Source: the human T2T-CHM13v2.0 reference genome, Homo sapiens
Strand: one strand, 5' to 3'
Assembly (NCBI RefSeq): GCF_009914755.1
Contig: NC_060941.1
DNA: 64,000 bases
The translations under genes were made by a program, and so were the position numbers. The notes below the pieces were generated by a model that searched no databases, had not been told where the DNA came from, and saw only the letters and a program-made list of their open reading frames with translations. Shown piece after piece: positions 49,557 to 64,000 of the stretch (positions within the stretch are counted from its first letter, which is position 1; each line of letters starts with the position of its first letter).

Positions 49557-50375
49557 TTAAGCCTCTTAGCAAAGCAAGGAAACCCTCCATGCTCTGGCCC
49601 CTGCCAGCTTCTCCTGCCTCATCTTATGACCTCTTCCCTCACTCTGGCCATATCGAATTGCCAGCAGCTTCCCCAAATAGACTGGTGGTTTCATAGCCAT
49701 GCTGTCCCCTCTGTCTGGAATGCTCTTTCCCACCTTCTCTGGAGAAATGCGCCCTCTCATCTTTCACACCCTCCGCAGTGTTTGTCTCCCCTCCATTCCA
49801 TTTGGCCCCATGCTCCCTAAGCTGTGGTGGGGGTGTACATAGCCAACTGGTTACAGATGGGCTCTGGAACCAGACTAACTGGGTCTGCATCCTGCCCAGG
49901 TACTAGCCAGGCAACCTTAAGCAAGCCATTTAACCTTTCTGTGCCTCAGTTTCCCTCTCTGTAAAATGGGGATAACAGTGCCTTCTCCTTGAGGTTGTTA
50001 TGAGTATTAAATGGGCTATTCCATTGACAGAGCTGGACACGGTAGTGAGCACTATGATTCTAATGCTTGATTGTGCTTCTGTGTTTAGACATCCAGACTG
50101 TGAGCTCCTTGAGAGAGGAACCATGTCTGCTTTAAGTCTGTTTCCCCACCATCTGCTATAGTACCTGCTACATAGTAGGTGCTGAATAAATAAGCGGTGA
50201 ATGAGTGCAAAAGAATAAATTTGTCACGTACCAGGCAGCCCCCTCCCTGCCCCCAGAGGGATCCTACCTGCCACATTCCACTGGCTACGTTTCCAAAGCT
50301 CTTTTGGGTGATTTAGTACTTGGGGAGTAAGTGGCCCCAACAGAACTATGGGAGGTTACAAAATAATTTATCTAA

Positions 50376-52779
<2,404 letters not shown>

Positions 52780-52809
52780 TCACATCTGGAAGGTGGGGGC
52801 CTGGAAATC

Positions 52810-53960
<1,151 letters not shown>

Positions 53961-54997
53961 GTCCCTACGGTCAAAGTCTGAGAAGCCCTACTCTGGGGCG
54001 CATCTGCTTTCAACATTCATTGAGAGTCATCGTCGTGCTTAAAAGCAGTCAGGTTTGGAATTCTGAGGAATTACTTAACCTGAGCCTGTTTGCAGGGAAA
54101 AAAAAAAAAAGCGGGATAGTAATGGTACCTAATTCTAGGGTTGCTGGAAGGGTTAAATGTGACATTCAAAGAAGGCACCCAGCACTGCATGGCGAGCACT
54201 CAATAGGTGTTAGTCCTTCATCAACAAATGCGTTGAGCACCCAGTGGGTGCTATACCCTGTGCTGGGGTGGAGATAAATCAGACTCCTGCAGCCCTTCCT
54301 GGAGCAGATGCCAGCCCACCATAAGCCACTCAGCATTTCCTGAACTCCCACTAAGTACAAAAGATAGTCTCTGTACTGGAGGAAAGCTGCCCTCCCCTAC
54401 TGCCATGAAAAACTGGCAGTTTCCTTCCTGCAAAAGGGCAAATTTGGCCTTGAATTCAGGAACCCCACATCCTGAGCCCAGCCCTGCCACCAACTTGGTT
54501 CTTGAGTAACGTTGCTGCTGCTGTGGTCTTCAGTTTCCTCATTTGCAAAAGGAATTGGATCCGATTATCATTAGGGTCAACTTTCTCCTCCTCCAAAACT
54601 TGTGGTCTTGCACCTTCAGGGGAGCTATTGCAGTGGAGACTACTTAGCTGATAGCCCAAGATGTGTAACCAAGGCTGGAATTTCTGTATCCCTCACCCCA
54701 CCCCGTGCCTGCCCACCCCTCCCGGTGCACCACTTCTTTCCTTCTGGTGTTGGCTGGCAGCATCTGCATTCTAAGCAGCGGGGAAAGCTTTCGAGTTCCT
54801 TGACCTTCATCTTGACTTGAGCCGAGGTTAGCATTAAAAACACAAGCCCAGAGGCAGCCAGCCATGCTCTGCTGCTCCTACTCCCTTCCCGGGACCTGTC
54901 CCTGATGTCATAACTGGGTAACTATGACAGCTTGTCATGGGGACAGCTAGGCACCTCACAGAGGAGTCTGGGTACCTCATTTCTGAAGTGAGACTAG

Positions 54998-55162
<165 letters not shown>

Positions 55163-55628
55163 TAGGGATTTTGGAATGGTACCCCATAAAGAGATCAACA
55201 GGAAACCAGACCAGGTCACAGCTTTGGGATGATATGGCCTTATCTGCTGAGTTTGGGGAAGAGGGCATTAGCACCAATAACAAAATGTATCTTCCACCAG
55301 GGAGTTCACTGGATGGAAATACTCCTTTAAACTCCTTAAAGCCGAAGTACGTTAGAAAGGGGATAAGACTTCAGAAGCCAATAGACAGGCTAATAATATT
55401 GGAAAAAGATTGGAAGAGAAGCTCTTTCATTGGATTAGAAGGACATTTATCTCTGTAAATTTTATTTTCACTATTCTTTTGTTTCTGCTCAAAACTCTCC
55501 AGAGATGTTCATTTGATAAATCAAACCAAACTTCTTGAGTCGCATTAAGGTCCTAATTCGAAATTGTTCATTAGTCAAGGACATTGTCTAGTGCTGGTTT
55601 TCTGAGGCCGCTACTGGAATTCCTGTGA

Positions 55629-55775
<147 letters not shown>

Positions 55776-55797
55776 TGACTTCCAGTCTGTTTCCTAA

Positions 55798-56167
<370 letters not shown>

Positions 56168-56299
56168 CGCCCAGTCTTTTAAGTTCTGCTTCCAGTCTCC
56201 ACTGTGGCCCTCAATGCACCCCTTTCCCACGATCTCAGAGGAGGGGAACACTAAGTCATTGTGTGTTGGGGCAGTGCACTGATGGTGTCACCATGGTGA

Positions 56300-56437
<138 letters not shown>

Positions 56438-56707
56438 TAATGTTCTTTGTCTTCATTTCAGTTTTGAAAAGTCAAAATTGACTTTCCTCTTGGGTTTTAG
56501 TGTGAGGTTTTCCCAAGTCAGAGAAGTACTTAAGGGAAGTTATCTTGAGGGAGAACCAAACAGACCATGTTACACAGAATGAAAACTTTAAAAATGGGGA
56601 CCTTTCTCTAGCATTAAAGAGCTTTTATTTCATCGAAGAGACTTTTCAGAGTCCTATTCAGTGTGTCACAAGAATGCACTGCGCACTTTTATAAAATGGT
56701 GGCCATG

Positions 56708-57036
56708 TGTCTTAGTCCATTATAGGGCGCTATAGCAAATTGCTATAAACTGGTGGCTTATAAACAACAAAAATTTCTCATAGTTCTAGAGGCAAGGAAG
56801 TCCAAAGATCAAGGTGCCAGTAAGTTCGGCATCTGAGGAGGGCCTGCTTCATAGACAACCATCTTTTCACTGTAACCTCACGGGGCAGAAGGAGAAAGAG
56901 GCTTCTTTCATAAGGACACTAATTCCATTAGGGTGACCTAATCAGCTCTCAAAGGCCCACCCCCTAATACCATCACCTTCATGGTTAGGATTTGAACATA
57001 AGAATTTTGGGGGACACAGGCATCTGTTCCATAGCA
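56708..57036 (-). mobile_element. MST/MLT1A-like MaLR LTR in CFAP97D1 intron 3
   Basis: tgtcttagtccatt...gctatagcaaattgctataaactgg...gggacaca...ccatagca. Confidence 0.7.
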
Positions 57037-57646
57037 CCATGGCTGGGGCTATGATGTGACATTCTTAAAATCAGTTCCAGAAATCTTTCCTGAGCAACTA
57101 CTATGTGCTAGGTACCAGGAATAATAAAGATGAAATGAGATGTATATTTCCTTACCTCAAAGAACTCAAGGTCTTGTAGGGGAGATATTTATGGAAATAA
57201 TGACAATGCAGTGTGATTAGGGATACAAAAGAAGCTCATGCAAGAGAAAGAATTTGCTGGGGGCGAGGAGATGGTCAAGATGCCATTCTATATCCTGGTA
57301 TATTCTGGTATAAGTTGAAAGCTGAGAGGAGTGAGGTGACCCAAAACTTGTCGCCAGCCGTTTGTGATTTATTCACAGGGAGACCTTCCCCCAACCAGAA
57401 GTTCTCAATCCTGGTTTTACATTATAATCCTTGGGGAATTTTAAGAAAATGCCAGTGTGCACGGTTCACCTCAGATCAATGAAGTAGAATCTTCTCATGG
57501 GCAACAGGGTTGAGGACCACTGATATAAACCTGCGAATGCGGTGCATGTTTCCCGGAGTGCAGTGCAGACCAACAGGCTGTCCCAGGGGCCTGTGGGCTC
57601 AGCAGGACAGTTTACTCCCTGCACTTAGACAGTCTGGCATTTATGA

Positions 57647-57937
<291 letters not shown>

Positions 57938-58380
57938 TAGAGTCAGATCACATGAAATGTAACAATCGTTAAAAGAAAAACCATCCAAAGCAAACAAAGC
58001 TAACAGGCACAAACCATCAAACAAACAGCTAAAACAGCTTGGTAGCAAAGCCATTATGTGTCAGTTTCATAACATAACAATTATGTGTCAGTTTCAGAAA
58101 AATAATCTAGTAGCGTCTTCCCTCACCCCTTAATTCATTAAGAAAGGCTGAATGTACAGGGATGAAGGGTATAAGATTCAGTCAGTATGCGGTTGGTTTG
58201 CTTCATTTAGGAATGACCCTTAAAAAGGCCAGGGGAGGGGAAACCATCTGTGGTGTTTTAAAAAACCTCCACTTACCGACTTTGGTCTTTAAATCTTTTC
58301 TAAGTCATCCCTGGGATTTAGAACTTCAGTAATAGCACCAATGCCCTGGCATTGACATAAACCAATTTTTTTCCTTCAAG

Positions 58381-58437
58381 AATTCAAGGCGCTATATCAG
58401 AAATACCACGAGATATCTTCTCTCCCAAAATGAATAG
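58381..58437 (+). CDS. CFAP97D1: CFAP97D1 exon 5 (NSRRYIRNTTRYLLSQNE*)
   Basis: TTTTTTCCTTCAAG acceptor. Total CDS 495 nt = 164 aa + TAG. Confidence 0.85.
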   Translation, partial: NSRRYIRNTTRYLLSQNE

Positions 58438-58926
58438 GTATGTCTCTCTTACTATCAAACACTGTGACCACAGCTGATACCAAAGCCCTGAGAACCCCAT
58501 AAATGGCGAATGAGGGGCCCAGTTAAGGAGACGGATTTTGCTCTTCTCATATAATATTGACTAGTCTTCCATTCGGGAAACTTGGGGCTCTCTGACTTTA
58601 TTTCTTCTCTCCATACAAGAAGGAAATGACATTGTCTTTTGTCATCATCTTTGAGGCTTTGTGGGAGTCTGAGGGGAAGTGATTTGTTCCAATAAGACAT
58701 AAACTGGAAGACCTGTGGCTTTAAAATTGTGCCAAAGTTACATTCCAGGTCTCTGTCAGTATTCAAAAGTACCAGCATGTTGTCATTTTGTATTATTTAA
58801 CATTATTAGTGATGACTAAGTGGTTTCCCCCACCCAAGGGAGAAAGATAAATGGACACTTAGGCGTTCCAAAGAATAGTTCTGTATAATTGATGTGTCTC
58901 CTTCTCTCTTCTCCACTGAATACAAG

Positions 58927-59060
58927 GTTACTCACCATGGAAAAGATACAAGAGAAGGCCCTAGGATTTCTTGGCTGCTCAGGATCTCAAGACACTCCCG
59001 ACTGGCTGAATGCTCCATCTTCAGATGCTTCAATAAAGCTTGGAACATAAAATGCGTAAG
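58927..59060 (+). other. CFAP97D1: Probable non-coding last exon of CFAP97D1 with AATAAA at 59032-59037
   Basis: Polypyrimidine tract 58897-58914 + AAG at 58924-58926. Pairs with the GTATGT donor directly after the stop codon. Confidence 0.6.
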
Positions 59061-59507
59061 TTACATTTAGGGGACCCAAAGGCTTTATGTTCTCATTCCA
59101 AAATGGGGCAGGCAGAAGGAAAGATGCAATGAGCATTTTTATTTGGGGCTATGAAAAGAAGTTTTAACGAGAGAGAGAGAGAGAAATCTGAGAGAACTCT
59201 TTAAAACATACACCATCATCACCATCCCGTGGAAGAAGAAAAGCTGGGGTGAGATCATCCAGCCACAAGTACAGCACTGTCAAAATGGAAAACGAAATCA
59301 CATGACAACATCAAGGTTCAGAAAACACAAGGAACAAATGCCATTAGTTCCTCTGTGAATACACACGATCGGAAAAGAATGCCTCATTGAAGTTTCCATG
59401 GACTCTGTTCATTTATAGGGAGCAGCAGCAGTGAAAATGTCTCAAAACATACGGTGAGACAATGTTGCAGGCCTGCTATGATTGGTCATGCTAGTTTTCA
59501 GCCCAAC

Positions 59508-64000
<4,493 letters not shown>

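Overview
Human genomic DNA that I recognise as the chr17q21.31 SOST-DUSP3-CFAP97D1 interval. SOST (sclerostin) is on the minus strand with 2 coding exons (33299-33080, 30321-29900; 220+422 nt = 213 aa). DUSP3/VHR is on the minus strand with 3 coding exons (53468-53344, 49482-49256, 44364-44159; 185 aa) and a ~3.5 kb 3' UTR. CFAP97D1/C17orf105 is on the plus strand, head-to-head with DUSP3, with 5 coding exons (55007-58437; 164 aa). All three reading frames join in phase and are intact. The first ~28 kb, downstream of SOST, has no credible gene and is rich in Alu, MaLR/ERV LTR, L1 and DNA-transposon remnants; almost all other listed ORFs are repeat- or GC-derived noise. I cannot support a wholly new biological system here. 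The best leads are: (i) two strong, same-orientation CTCF motifs upstream of SOST, one inside the DUSP3 3' UTR; (ii) a 140-nt tract resembling strand-coordinated G>A hypermutation; (iii) several templated-insertion and duplication scars; (iv) a GC-AG intron and a stop codon abutting a splice donor in CFAP97D1; (v) compact motif clusters at the CFAP97D1 promoter and in DUSP3 intron 1. Repeat family names and repeat boundaries were assigned by eye and are approximate.
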